This document shows, in pieces, positions 23,540-35,790 of a stretch of 64,000 nt of DNA (within the stretch, counting starts at the first letter, position 1; each line of letters begins with the position of its first letter). The translations under genes were made by a program, and so were the position numbers. Source of the stretch: Mobula birostris (lineage: Eukaryota). The notes under the pieces are model-generated. The model saw only the letters and a program-made list of their open reading frames with translations. It was not told where the DNA came from and did not search any database. The DNA lies in NCBI RefSeq assembly GCF_030028105.1, contig NC_092383.1, positions 86,819,921 to 86,883,920 on the forward strand. Reading direction: 5' to 3'.

Positions 23540-26500
23540 AATTGAACCCAGTTTCAGTTCTGGGACACCATTTCAGATCTGTATTAAAAGTGGAAGACTG
23601 TCAGTTTAGAAAGCAGATATGGTCAGAGAAATGATGTGTCAGATAATAGACGATACATTTTAGTCCCAGGTTATGAAAACCTGACTTATGGACACTTCTA
23701 CATATGAACAAGCTTCTGTTATGTTACTTAATTCAAAATTCCAATGCATGTACACATGTTTACACATGATATGAAGATTGTCGGTGTTGTGGGTGGTACG
23801 GAAGGTTGTTGAACGTTACTACAGGATGTGGTGCTGGGTGAAGAAGTGGTAGATGGAGTTTAACACAGAAAAATGTGATGTGATGCACTTTGGATGATCA
23901 AACTTGAAGGCAGATTACAAAGTTAATGGTAGGATTCTGACCAATGTGGAGGAACAGATGGCTATTGGTCTCCAAGTCCGTAACGTTCTTCAAAGTTGCT
24001 GTGCAGGTTGAAAGTGTGGAAAAGAAGGTGTATGAGGTGTTGGAATTCACTGGTCAAGGGAATTCAATTCAAGAGCGGCAAGGTAATGTTATCGCTCTAC
24101 AGAACTCCGGTTACATCACACTTGGAGTATCGTGTTCAGTTCTGATTGCCTCATTATAGGAAGGTTATGGAAGCTTTAGGGAAGGTGCAGAAGAGGTTTA
24201 ACAAGATGCTGCTTGGATCAGAGAACATATATTATGAGGAAAAGTAAAAGTTGAGTGAGTCAGTGATCTTCTCTTTGGAGCAAAGGAAGGTGAGAGATAA
24301 CTTGATAGAGAGGTGTAGAAGGAGTGTATACGGCATAGACTGAGTGGACAGACAGCTCCTCTTTCTCATGGTGACAATGACCAATACCAGAGAATGTCCA
24401 TTAATGGTGAGTGGAGGGAAGATTAGGGGAGATGCAAGAGGTAGTGTTGTTTTTCATTGATTCTGTTGTATTTCTTTGTTCTACTTTGAATGCCTACAAG
24501 AAAATGAATCTCTGGGTAGCATATGGCGACGTAAATGTAATTTGATAATACATTTACCGTGTACATTTTGAACTTTGATCAGGTGCATGATTACTGACCT
24601 TTCAAAATGCATTTTGAAGAAATGGAGTGAGAAAGAGACACAAGCATGAACATTTCCAGTCACTGTACAAAGGTCCAAAAGGAGAACGAGCAATGGAAAT
24701 TAAAGTTGGGTGCTGAATAAAATGAGTGAGGGGCAAATTATTGCAACTTGCATTGGTCGTCAGGGTATGAATCTGCAAATAGAAGGTGTAACTTTTCTCA
24801 GTACTGATCTGTGACTGTGACCCAAGAACGTACAACAAAGGGACTTGAAAATGAGAGAAGGTGAACTGCATTATTATCTTATAATCAGGGTAGTTTATGG
24901 TGACATCGTACTGCACGTTGATAAATTTAATTTGAATTTTGAACTTTGAAATGCCCTACTCACCAGGAGGAATATCACAAAATATCTTTCACCTGCTATG
25001 TGAGGATGTGAAGCGGTAACACCAGATTCTGTTTGGAGCTCATGATCTCTTCAGTTCAGGGTTATCTGTTGGGTGTTGTTTAGCTGCAGATAACTCCAGA
25101 AGCAGTGGTCCCACTTGTGAATCTGGGCCTGTTAAACCTGAGCTTGTTAATCATCTGAGGGAAGGAACTTGCTTTTGTTTCTTTATTCTGCTGCAAAACA
25201 AGAAATTTTGCATCAGATGGCAGTGTAAATAAATTCGATTCTGATTCTGAATCAGGACATCATAAAGCAATTCTCAAAGAATGTGGTTAGAACTTTTGTG
25301 CCCTTTTACTTGACTTATAAAACTGAACTTAGGGAAGTTCCAATGGATGCCTCATGAAAATAAATTGTTCCATCCTCTTCCTGGACTGCTCCATCACATA
25401 AGACCACAAGACCAGAAGACCATAATACAAAAAGACATGGGAACAGAAGTAGGCCATTCAACCATTCACTCTGTTCCACCATTCAATACTGACAGCTTTA
25501 TTATTCCCCTCAACCACATTCGCATCGTAACCTTTGACAACCTTACCAATCAAAAACTACTTTAAGCTCTGTGTTAAACATACCCAATTACCTGGCCTCC
25601 ATAGCTGCCAGTGGCAGTGAATTCCACAGATTCATCACCACCTGGCTAAAAAATTCCTCTTCATCTCTCACCTAAAGGGACATCCTTGTATTCTGTGGCT
25701 ACACCCTCTGGTCTGAGACTCCCCCACTATTGGAAACATCCTCTCCACATACACTCCATTGGGGTTCCAGGCCCTTCACTATTCAAGAGGTTTCAATGAA
25801 ATTTCCCCATCATTCTGAACTCCAGCAAGTACAGGCCCAGAGCCATCAAAAAATTTTTATATGTTAACCCTTTCATTCTTGGGATAATTCTCATGAACCT
25901 CCTCTGGCCCCTCTCCAATTACAGCATATCCTTCAATGGATAAAGGACCCAAGTTTGTTCACTATTTTCCCAGTGTCATCTGACTAATACCTTATGAAGC
26001 GTCAGTTCTTGGATAACTTCTCAACAACGAATGAAAAAATGTTGTACAATCCCACCATTATGTACATGAGTGGGATTAGGTTTAAACACAGTGGCTAAAT
26101 GGCCTTTTCACTTTTCTTCACCAAATTATTATTGTTGTTCAGCGATCTAGTTGCCGAAACAAAAATGCTTCACTGAAGATGTTTTATATCTCTGCACTTG
26201 TTCTCAACAGCGTATTGAACCATACTACTACTACGTCAACCACTACGTAAGGAACCATAATTGTTGAGAAGTTTTCCAAGAAGTGACAGGACAATGCAGG
26301 AAGAGTCCAGAACATCTGTCAGTGTGTAGCATCCATTGGTACTTCTCATATTCTGTTTGTTAAGACAATTAAATAAAACAGAAGTCCTACCCACATCAAT
26401 GCTTACTTTTTGCATTTTAAAGTGTACAGTATATGTCTGACTGGGCAACAATAATTTCCTTTGCGATAAAAAAAGATTTATCTTCTCTTATCCTTTGCTG

Positions 26501-26830
26501 AGGGTGAACATTACATAAATGACAGCAGTGGCTGATACATAGAGTCATCACTCATACTATACAAGGTGCAGAATTTAAGCAGATGTACATTCACAGCTAA
26601 TATATTGCACTGTTTCCCCTGAAAAAATATTTAACAAAAACCACTCTACATGTATACGGAATTATTTTATCATTTATCTATTTGCATACAATGTGGAGTT
26701 AAGTATTTATAAGCAATTGCAAAGTCAGCCAACAAAAATTCAGGAGAATATAAATCAGCCAGGTTCTTGGATCACCTCAACCCTCGCACCACAATGAAAT
26801 CAAAACCGACACACCCAAAATGGTGGAGGA
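23540..26830 (+). repeat. segmental duplication block X (intergenic), paralogous to 53170-57620 and more distantly to 13030-15200
   Basis: Colinear matches, e.g. 24590-24850 with 53375-53640, 24975-25180 with 55900-56080, and 26740-26830 with 57520-57620. Both copies share a CR1 fragment (25380-26010 / 56290-56900). Confidence 0.85.
23770..24420 (+). mobile_element. degenerate CR1 fragment
   Basis: CR1 RT C-terminal remnants (EFNTEKCDVMHFG); absent from the paralogous X copy at about 53300. Confidence 0.65.
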
Positions 26831-28020
26831 ACTCAGCAGACAGCATCTATAGATATGAATATATTGTCGAGGTATCAGGGCATGACCCTTATTTTACTTC
26901 TTCTCAACTGCCTGTTACTTCCCCTGGGTCCCCTCCTTCTTCCTTTTCTCCTGTGGTGCACTGTCCTCTCTTATCAGATTCCTTCTTCTCCACCCCTGGA
27001 CCTTTCCCACCCACCTGGCTTCACCAGTCACCTTCCAGCTAGCCTTCTTCCCTTCCTCCCAGCTTTTTATTCCAAAACATTCCTCCTTCCTTCTCAGCCC
27101 CAAAGAAAGGTCTTGGCCCGAAATGTCGACTTTCTGTCATTTCCATAGATGATGATTTTCTCCAGCATTTTCTGTGTGTTGACTTCCAGCGAATACAGAT
27201 TTTATCGTGTTTACAATGAAGTCAGGGTTGAACAATTAACATTTTTAGTTAAAGTTCAAGATGGTGCCGATAAGTGGCTACTCTGTGTACAGCTCCAATG
27301 GGAATCATCAAATATTCCCATTTAGGACTGCTACAGCTAATTACACTTTAAATATATCCAATGACTTGGCCTCCACAGCTGTCTGTGGCAGTGAATTCCA
27401 CAGATTTACCACTCTATGACTCAAAAAATTCTTCCTCATCTCTGTTCTAAAGGAACATCCTTGTACTCTCAAGGCTGTTCACTCGGGTCCTAGACTCCCC
27501 TACTATAGGAAACATTCTCTCCACATTCTCTTTATATAGGCCTTTCAATGAGATCATCTCTCATCCTTCTAATCTCCAGTGAGTACAGGCCATCAAACGA
27601 TCCTCTGGGCGGGACTCGGGGTGACGTAACTTTCCTCTCACACTCACAACACCCAAAATGGGCTCTTTCCCTTTCCACCATTAACTTTTCATCATGAATA
27701 CTTTCCGCCATGATTCGCCTCTGCTAACATCTTAAATCAAGCAAAAAATAAAACTTCTAGAGGAACTTCGGGAGTCATGTGGGATCTACGGAGGCAGAGT
27801 GGTCAACATTTCAGAGAAACCCCCTGCTTCGCGACACCTCCAGCCGTTTATTTTTGCTTCAGATTAGAACATTTACTGTTGCTTCTGTCCAATATTTTAA
27901 CACCTCACCATTTCATTTGGTCTTTGGGAATTGTCCAAATGTTTCTGTATTGCTAAGTACAACAAAAAGCTTTTCAGATTGTCATGTACCACACACTAGT
28001 AGGGTCACTGTGGTTTTTTG

Positions 28021-28060
28021 ATCAAACTTCCTGCTGACTTCTTCCTCATTTTTATTTCAG
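28021..28060 (+). promoter_or_regulatory. 40-bp conserved element upstream of the unit B leader (Ets/PU.1-like boxes, or a 3' splice site)
   Basis: 39/40 identical to 61101-61140; contains acttcctg and ttcctcatttt (reverse complement aaaatgaggaa) and ends in tttcag. Confidence 0.5.
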
Positions 28061-28111
28061 AGTTTTTTCTCAGAAGGACAGACAGATCCAGGCCGGGTCT
28101 CTGTGAATAAA

Positions 28112-28151
28112 ATGATGTGGGCTTTGATTCTTCTGATTGGTTTTCTACCTG
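28112..28151 (+). CDS. Unit B exon: signal peptide MMWALILLIGFLP(G)
   Basis: ATG, hydrophobic peptide and phase-1 donor g|gtgagt; joins the V1 exon in frame to give ..FLPGALWAEKY. Confidence 0.9.
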
Positions 28152-29520
28152 GTGAGTGACAACCAGCACTGGACATTCTTTAATCAATGTTTCCTTGGGG
28201 CTGTACATTGTTTCCAGAAGAGTACTTGAATATCTGTAGGCACTAAGGATGTCAGAAATCTGGAGTTCAGAGGAGCTGCTGGAGGAGCTCAGCAGCTCAA
28301 GCAGCATCTGTCAGGGGAGGGGAAAATGTCAACGGTTTGGGTCGAGACCCCTCATCAAGTGTGAGTGGAGAGGGAGATAGTGTAAATAGGAGAGGGGGAG
28401 GTGTGAGACTGGGTCCACTCGGTTGTCAGGGACTGAGGAAGGGTGAAGCACGATAGACAAACGGAATGGGGAGGGAAAGGAGTGGAGTTTGTTGATGAGT
28501 GAATGGGAAAGCAGGTAAGGAGAAAAGGGGAATCGCGTGGAGCCAGGTGGGGAGAGAATATGTCTAGGTGGAGAAATTTTCTGCGGGCTTTCAAGCGAGA
28601 ACATCACGTCTACCATTGACGGAATCTGATCTCACTTTGCAGGGATCACTATGACAGTCGATGTTATTACCTTTCAATCAATCTTTCCTGGGCCATTTCA
28701 GTGGAGCAATTAGTAATGAACATTACTAGATCTGGAGTCAAAGGTAAACCAAGGTGTGTAGGGATGAGAGATTTCTGTCTCTAAAGGCCTTTCTGATCCA
28801 GATGGGATTTTGACACTCTGGTAGCTGATGTTTATCATTACTGATGTGGTTTTTAATTCCAAAACAACTAACAAATTATCTTTAAACTTCCAATGTATCC
28901 TTTTAGAAATAGAAATCACACTTGGATTTCTAGACACGAAAGTGGTAACGACCACTGTTGCACACCTTCTAACTGCACATAGAAACACTTGACAAACACA
29001 AAAGATAAAATTTCCATCAGAACCAGAAGACACAGTTTCAGACATCATGATGGGTTTCTTTCTGAAGTTTATAAACGTGTCTGTTAGTGGAGGATGTCAG
29101 GACATGGAGAGAATTGAAACATGATCTCAAATGGTCCTACCAATCCCCATTCCAACTTCTGAGTTCCCTGCATTCCGAGACGCACACTCAGGAGCATCCC
29201 AAATGAATTCTCTGGGAACTTAGTGTACACTTGAAAGGGTGACATGGTCTGAGGTAATTGATAGACTACATTGTGGCTCTCCTTCAATACTGCATTAGAA
29301 ATTCAGCCCTGGATTTCTGTTCAGGATTCTACAGTGGGAATTTAATGTGCTGACACAGTAAAAGCACTGACTGCACTTCAAACCAAAGTCATTGGCTGTG
29401 CTGTCATGGACCACAGGCCGGATATGACCTGGACCTGCTTTACCATCGTGTTCAAAGTTATTTGTTTGCATTAAGTTGTTCCTTTCCCCTCAAATCTGAA
29501 AATGCCTCTCTCAGTTTCAG

Positions 29521-29835
29521 GTGCATTGTGGGCAGAGAAATATGTAAGAGGAGTTATGGGAAGAGCGATTACAATCGATTGTTACTATGAGGCAAAGTAC
29601 CGCTCACGCACAAAGTATTGGTGCCATGGATGGACTCACCAATGTTCAGTTTTAATGGAAACAAATGGGCAACACAGACGGAGTGGACGAGTATCAATCA
29701 CAGATGACCCAGAATGGGGAATATTTACTGTTACTGTGGAGGATCTTCACTCTGGAGATACAGGATGGTACAGCTGTGGAATTTCAACACCAGGTCATGA
29801 TCCGATATTTAATGTACATTTACAAGTATCTGATG
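29521..29835 (+). CDS. Unit B exon: V-type Ig domain 1 (CD300/pIgR/MDIR-like)
   Basis: tttcag acceptor, gtagg donor, 315 nt, phase 1-1. ITIDC..KYWCHGWTHQC..DTGWYSCG gives four Cys including the C-C' pair typical of CD300/pIgR V domains. Confidence 0.95.
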
Positions 29836-32500
29836 GTAGGTTTCTCAGTGATTGACTTTGTGCCTTCAGTAAAATAAATGTCTTATCCATGTTTCCCCTG
29901 GGAAGGGTCAGCGTATTAGATGTCCTGGGGAGTGACGATGTGCTGATCCCAGGGTTAAGCTTGTACAGTGGAGAAATGTCCATCTTGTGGATGTGTCTGA
30001 AGAACAGCAATCTCCTCCTCCTCCTGCTCAGCCTCTGCACAGATTACAAGACCTGTGTCCTGACTCTGTCCATCTCTCACTATTTCTGCATTAATATCAG
30101 TGCCATATGTTTCCCTCTCTATGGCAGGTCACTGAATCCAGTCACAATTTCATTTCCGCCTGAAAGCCACTAAACATGTGATGGGTATCTCACAAGTTGC
30201 TGCCTTTAAACACTCGGTGGGCACCTCATTTGGTAACTTTTATACCAAATAAAGTGGCCACTGAGCATCTGTTCAAGGTCTTCTGCTGCTGTGACTCATT
30301 CACTTCAAGCTTTGATGTCTTGTGTGTTCAGATGCTCTTCTGCACACCACTGTCATAAAATGAGGTTATTTGAATTTCTGTCATCTTTCTGTCAGCATGA
30401 ACCAGTCTGGCCATTCTCCTCTGACCTCTCTCATTATCAAGGCATTATTGTTCACGGAATTGCTGCTCACTAGATATTTCTTGTTTTTCACACCATTCTG
30501 AAGACTGTTAAACATGCAAGTCCCAGGACATCAACAGGTTCTGAGGTACTCAAACCGCCCCGTCTGACTCCAACTATCATTGCATGGTCAAAGTCACTAA
30601 AATCTCATTTCCTCCCCATCTGATATTTGTCCTGAACAACAACTGAATCCCTTGACCATAGGCACTGTATCTGATGGTAGGTTTCTCAGTGAGTAACTTT
30701 GTGCCTTCAATGAAATAAATCCATGTTTCCTCTGGGAAAGGTCAGAACATGAAAACTCTTGGAGAGCGATGATGTGCTAATCCCAGGGTGAAGCCTGTTG
30801 AATGGAGAAATGTCCAACTCGTGACATGTCTGAAGAACAACAATCTCCTTCTCCTTCTCCTCCCACTCTGCCTCAGCACAGTTTAAAAGATCTTTGTCCA
30901 GACACTGTCCATCCCTCACTATCTCTGTATTAATATCATTGTCAAATACCATCTATAAATTTGCTGATGATACAGCCATTGTTGGTAGAATCTCAGATGG
31001 AGATGAGAAGGCATATGGGAGTGAGATATGCCAACGAGTGGAGTGGTTTCGCACCAACGAACTTGCACATGACGTCAGTAAGATGAAAGAGCTGATTGTG
31101 GAATTCAGGAAGGGATTGTGGACTTCAAGAACACATACCAATCCTCAAAGAGGGATCAGAAGTGGAGAGAGTGAGCAATTTCAGGATCCTGGGTGTGAAG
31201 ATCTCAGATACCTAACCTGGTCCCAACATATTGATGCAATTATAAAGAAGGCAAGACAGCGACTATACTTCATTAGGAGTTTGAAGAGATTTGGTACGTC
31301 AACATATACACTCAAAACCTTCTATAGATGTACAGTGGAGAGCATTCTGACAGGCTGCATCACTGTCTGGTATCGGGGGTGGGGGGCGGGCTACAGCACA
31401 GGACCGAAAGAAACTGCAGAGGGCTGTAAATTTAGTTGTCTCCATCTTGGATACTAGTTTACAAATACCCAGGACATCTTCAAGCAGTGGTGTCTCAGAA
31501 AGGCAGCATCCAATATTAAGGACCTCCAGCATCCAGGGCATGCCCTTTTCTCACTGTTACCATCAGGTAGGAAGTACAGAAGCCTGAAGGCACACATCAG
31601 CGATTCAGGTACAGCTTCTTCCCCTCTGCCACCTGATTCCTAAATAGACATGGAACCCATAAACACTACAACACTTTTTTAATATATATTATTTCTGTTT
31701 GTTGCACAATTTTTAACCTATTCAATATGTTTACTGTAATTGATTTACTTACTTATTATTATTTTATTATTTTTTTCCTTCTTCTTCTATATTATGTATT
31801 GCATTTAGATGCTTCTGCTAAGTTAACAAATTTCACAACACATGCCAGTGATAATAAACCTGATTCTGATTCTGAAATGTTTCCCTTTATACAGCGGGTA
31901 GTTTTTTCCTGATAGCCATCAAACATGTGACAGATATCTCACAAGCTGCTGTCTTTAAATACTCAGTGGCCACTTTATTAGGTACCTCCTATAACTAATA
32001 AATTGGCCAAGGAATATGTTCATGGTCTTCTGCTGCTGTGGCCCATTCACTTTAAGCTTTACTGTGGGTTGTGTGCCCAGATGCTCCTCTGCATAACTGT
32101 CATAGCACGTTTATTTGAATTTCTGTCATCTTTCTGTCAGCCTGAAACTACCTGGCCATTCTCCTCTGACCTCTCCCATTGACGTCATTTTTGCTCACAG
32201 AATTGCTGCTCACTGGATACTTTTTGCTTTTTGCACCATTCTCTGTAAACTCTGCAGACTATGTATGAATATTCCTGGAATTCAACAGTTCCTGAGATAC
32301 TCAAACCTCCCTGTCTGGCACCAGCTATCATTCCATGGTCAAAGTCACTAAGATCACATTTCTTCCCCATTCTGATGTTTGGCCTAAACAACAGCTGAAC
32401 CTTTTGAGTATGTCTGCATGTTTTTATGTACTGTGTTACTGCCAGATGATAGACTAATTAGATATTTGCATTAACAAGCAGGTGAACAGGTGTACCTAAT
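29826..32500 (+). repeat. internal tandem duplication in unit B intron 2 (29826-30660 versus 30667-32500)
   Basis: Both copies start gtatctgatggtaggtttctcagtg and share downstream sequence and a MITE; the second copy carries a LINE at about 30920-31870. Confidence 0.8.
30920..31870 (+). mobile_element. Rex1/Babar-like LINE 3' portion
   Basis: ORF 30894-31457 YKFADDTAIVGRISDGDE..KARQRLYFIRSLKRFG..FYRCTVESILTGCITVWY; gattct-repeat tail. Confidence 0.85.
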
Positions 32501-32569
32501 ACATTGGCAGAAGAGAGTTTGATTTTCAGATGTTCATTCAGTGTCTGATTGTTCAATTCCTTCCCACAG

Positions 32570-32890
32570 AAACTGTGTCTGTTCCTGTGCTTCGAAATCT
32601 GTCACCAGCAAATGTCTCCCATCTCGGTGGCTCCGTGTTAGTGTCCTGTGAGTCTCTCCAGGGATCCCTTCCCATTCAGTACTCATGGTATGAACAAACC
32701 TCATCTGGGGATCAAATGATCTCAGACACCGATGAACTGGTTCTACCTTGTCAATCCTTAGACCTCCAAGCCCATCAATATTACTGCAAAGCCTCAAATA
32801 GGCTTGGAATAAAATCCAGCGGAATGCTAAATGTGACAATCTTCAACAGCAGAGAGATCTGCAGATATGTGACAAGAATTAATGGCACCA
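32570..32890 (+). CDS. Unit B exon: C2-type Ig domain a
   Basis: cccacag acceptor, a|gtaagt donor, 321 nt, phase 1-1; VSVPVL..VSCESLQGSLPIQYSWY..YYCKASN (Fc-receptor-like C2). Confidence 0.92.
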
Positions 32891-33286
32891 GTAAGTTCTC
32901 CTTTCAAGGAAGGATACATTTAAAGATTTCTTTTTGTTACTCTGTTACTGCTGTTCTTATACTTCTACTGAGGGTAAGGAATTTCTTTGCATTCGTAGAA
33001 GCTACACATTGCAGCCTCCATGGGGTAGATCAAAGTGTAGTCAACAGTTAAGTCTGTGACTTCTCCTGGAAAATGTGGAACATCTTAAACATAGCTGGAC
33101 TTGCAGCTCCAGACAAATTGGTGGCATTCCATTCATACTTCTGGTTTTTGCACTGAAGATACTAGAATGAGTGTTGAATCACGAGACAGTGGCACTGTCA
33201 TAAAAGGAAAAGGAAGGACATATAATATAGCAAGAATTTGTGGGAAGTTAGAGAATTGGGGAACTTTAAAAAAACCAACATAGTCA

Positions 33287-33700
33287 TAGTCATACTTTAT
33301 TGATCCTGGGGGAAATTGGTTTTCATTTCAGTTGCACCGTAAATAATAAATAGTAATAAAACCATAAATAGTTAAATAGTAATATGTAAATTATGCCAGT
33401 AAATTATGAAATAAGTCCAGAACCAGCCTATTGGCTCAGGGTGTCTGACCCTCCAAGGGAGGAGTTGTAAAGTTTGATGGCCACAGGCAGGAATGACTTC
33501 CTATGACGCTCTGTGTTGCATCTCGGTGGAACGAGTCTCAGGCTGAATGTACTCCTGTGCCCACCCAGTACATTATGTAGTGGATGGGAGACATTGTCCA
33601 AGATGGCATGCAACTTAGACAGCATCCTCTTTTCAGACACCACCGTGAGAGAGTCCAGTTCCATCCCCACAACATCACTGGCCTTACGAGTGAGTTTGTT
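33287..33700 (-). mobile_element. Rex1/Babar-like LINE 3' end, second family (tatgac-repeat tail)
   Basis: ORF 33428-33763 ..RKSFLPVAIKLYNSSLGGSDTLSQ is nearly identical to 58851-59087. Confidence 0.8.
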
Positions 33701-34870
33701 GAAGAATGTAACAAGAAAAGCCAAAAGGAGAGAAAAGATTAAATATAAAGGGAAAATAGTCAATAATATAAAAGAGGAGACTAGAAGATTTTCAGATATA
33801 TAAAGTGTAAGAGAGAAGCAAGAGTGGATATTAGATCACTGGATAATGAAGCTGGAGACATAGAAATGAGGTACAAAGAAATGGAGGATGGTCACTGAGG
33901 AAGACACAAGCAGTATGACAGAAATTCAGCAATGTCAAGGGGCAATGTCAAGGAGTGAGTGTAGTTGCTCTTACTAAGGAGAAGGTGCTTGGGAAGCTGA
34001 GAGGGCTGGAGGTAGGTATATAGGTCACCTGGCTCAGATGGTCTACACCCCAGGGTTCTTAAAGAGGAAGCTGAAGAAATTGTGGAGGCATTAGTAGTGA
34101 TCTGATTCTGGGTTGGTTCTGTGGGACTGGAATATTGGAAATGTTACTCCACTCTTTCAGAAGAGAGGGAGGCAAATGAGAGGGAATTATAGACCAGTTA
34201 GCCTGACGTCAGTGGTTGGGAAGGTGCTGGAGTTCATTATGAAGGATAGGATTTCAGGGTACTTGAAGGTGCATGATGACATTTGGTTTCATTATGGGGA
34301 AATCTTGCCTGAAAAATCTGTGGGAATTCTTTGAGGAAATAATAGGCAAGACAGATAAAAGAGAGTGGATATTGTTGACTTGGATTTTCAGAAGGCCTTT
34401 GACTAGGTGCCACATATGAGCCTGCTAAACAAGATAAGAAGCCAGGTATTACTAGAAAGATTCTAGCATGGATGAAAGATTGGGTGACTGGCAGGAGGCA
34501 AAGAATGTGAACAAAATGGTGCCTTTTTGTTTGCCTGTCAGTGACTTGTAGTGTTCCACAGGGGCTGGTGTTAGGACTGCTACTTTTTATGGTGTATGTT
34601 AATCACTTGGATGGCAGGTTTGGGGATAACAAGGTCAAAGTCAAAGTTTGCACCGTTTGTTGTCCATTGATTCTGGTTACAGTTACTGTACTGTAAATTT
34701 GCTAAGTATGCCGCAGCAAAAGAATCTCAGGGTTGTGTGTGGTGAGATGTACGCACTCTGATAATAAATCTCTACTTTGACTTTGACTTTAAGGGGAATC
34801 TCAGTGAATCCAATCGAATATTGAAAGGCCTAATTAGAGTGGATTTAGAGAGAACGTTTCCTTTAGTGGG
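33700..34870 (+). mobile_element. degenerate CR1 fragments
   Basis: ORF 34113-34334 NVTPLFQKRGRQMRGNYRPVSLTSVVGK. Confidence 0.7.
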
Positions 34871-35326
34871 GCAGAGATATGAGAAGGGAGCCCACACCTT
34901 CTAATTGAGTCTATGCACGGAAATGATCAAGGCTGCTGCATTTCGTGATTGAGAATAGAATAATAAACCTTCAAAATCCATGGGAAACACTATAGAGATG
35001 CCTGTTGTAGGCAAGGAATGGGCTGGTGTTCAGCTTGCTGCTCCACAGGGTTTACTCGTCTCTGTGCTGAACTGAGGCTGCAGCTTGCAATTAACAGGCT
35101 CCTGAATCGGCTGCAGTGATAACTGGCTTTGTGTCTGTGACCCATTTTTGCGAATTTCAGTTCCGAACGTAATTTGCTTACTTTTATGGTTTGCATGATT
35201 TTTATTTCTGCATATTGGGTGTTTGACAGTGTTTTTTTAATGGGTTCTATTTGGTTTCTTTATTTTGTGGGTTCCTGTAAGGAGACAATCTCAATGTTGT
35301 ATATAGTATACATACTTCGATAATAA

Positions 35327-35790
35327 CAACGCCGTCTCTGCTGACTGGGCCACGTACACCGAATGTCAGACGGGAGGATCTCGAAAGACCTGCTGTACGG
35401 GGAACTGGCCTCCAGCAATAGAGCACAAGGATGGCCCCATCTTCGTTTCAAAGACGTTTGCTAGAGAGACATGAAGTCATTGAAAATGAACGTCGAGAGG
35501 TGGGAGGGCATTGCAAGCGATCGCTCTCACTGGAGGCTGGAACTACGCAGAGGTCTAAAAAGAGGAGAAGAGAAGCTGAGGCTTGCTGCTGAAGAAAAGT
35601 GCACTCGTCGGAAAAACAGCACCAAGACAACACTGAGGGACAGCGCCTTCAAGTGCAGTCGCTGCAGCCGAGACTGTCACTCCCGTGTGGGCCTCTACAG
35701 CCACAACAGACACTACTCTAACACAGACTGAAGCGAGACTTTCCAGGCGCAGATCCATGGTCTCGCGAGACTAATGGATGCCACCACTTT
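35327..35790 (+). mobile_element. RTE-clade LINE 3' fragment
   Basis: WLGHVHRMSDGRISKDLLYGEL..RFKD and a C-terminal CSRCSRDCHSRVGLYSH zinc motif. TSD gataataa (35319-35326, 35791-35798); the paralogous site at about 63333 is empty. Confidence 0.85.

Noticed and set aside
24602-24916. Similar minus-strand ORFs in both X blocks (also 53432-53650) as a conserved exon
   Set aside because: About 18 of 67 aligned residues differ, with many non-conservative changes, as expected for neutral drift in a segmental duplication; no Ig or other motif.
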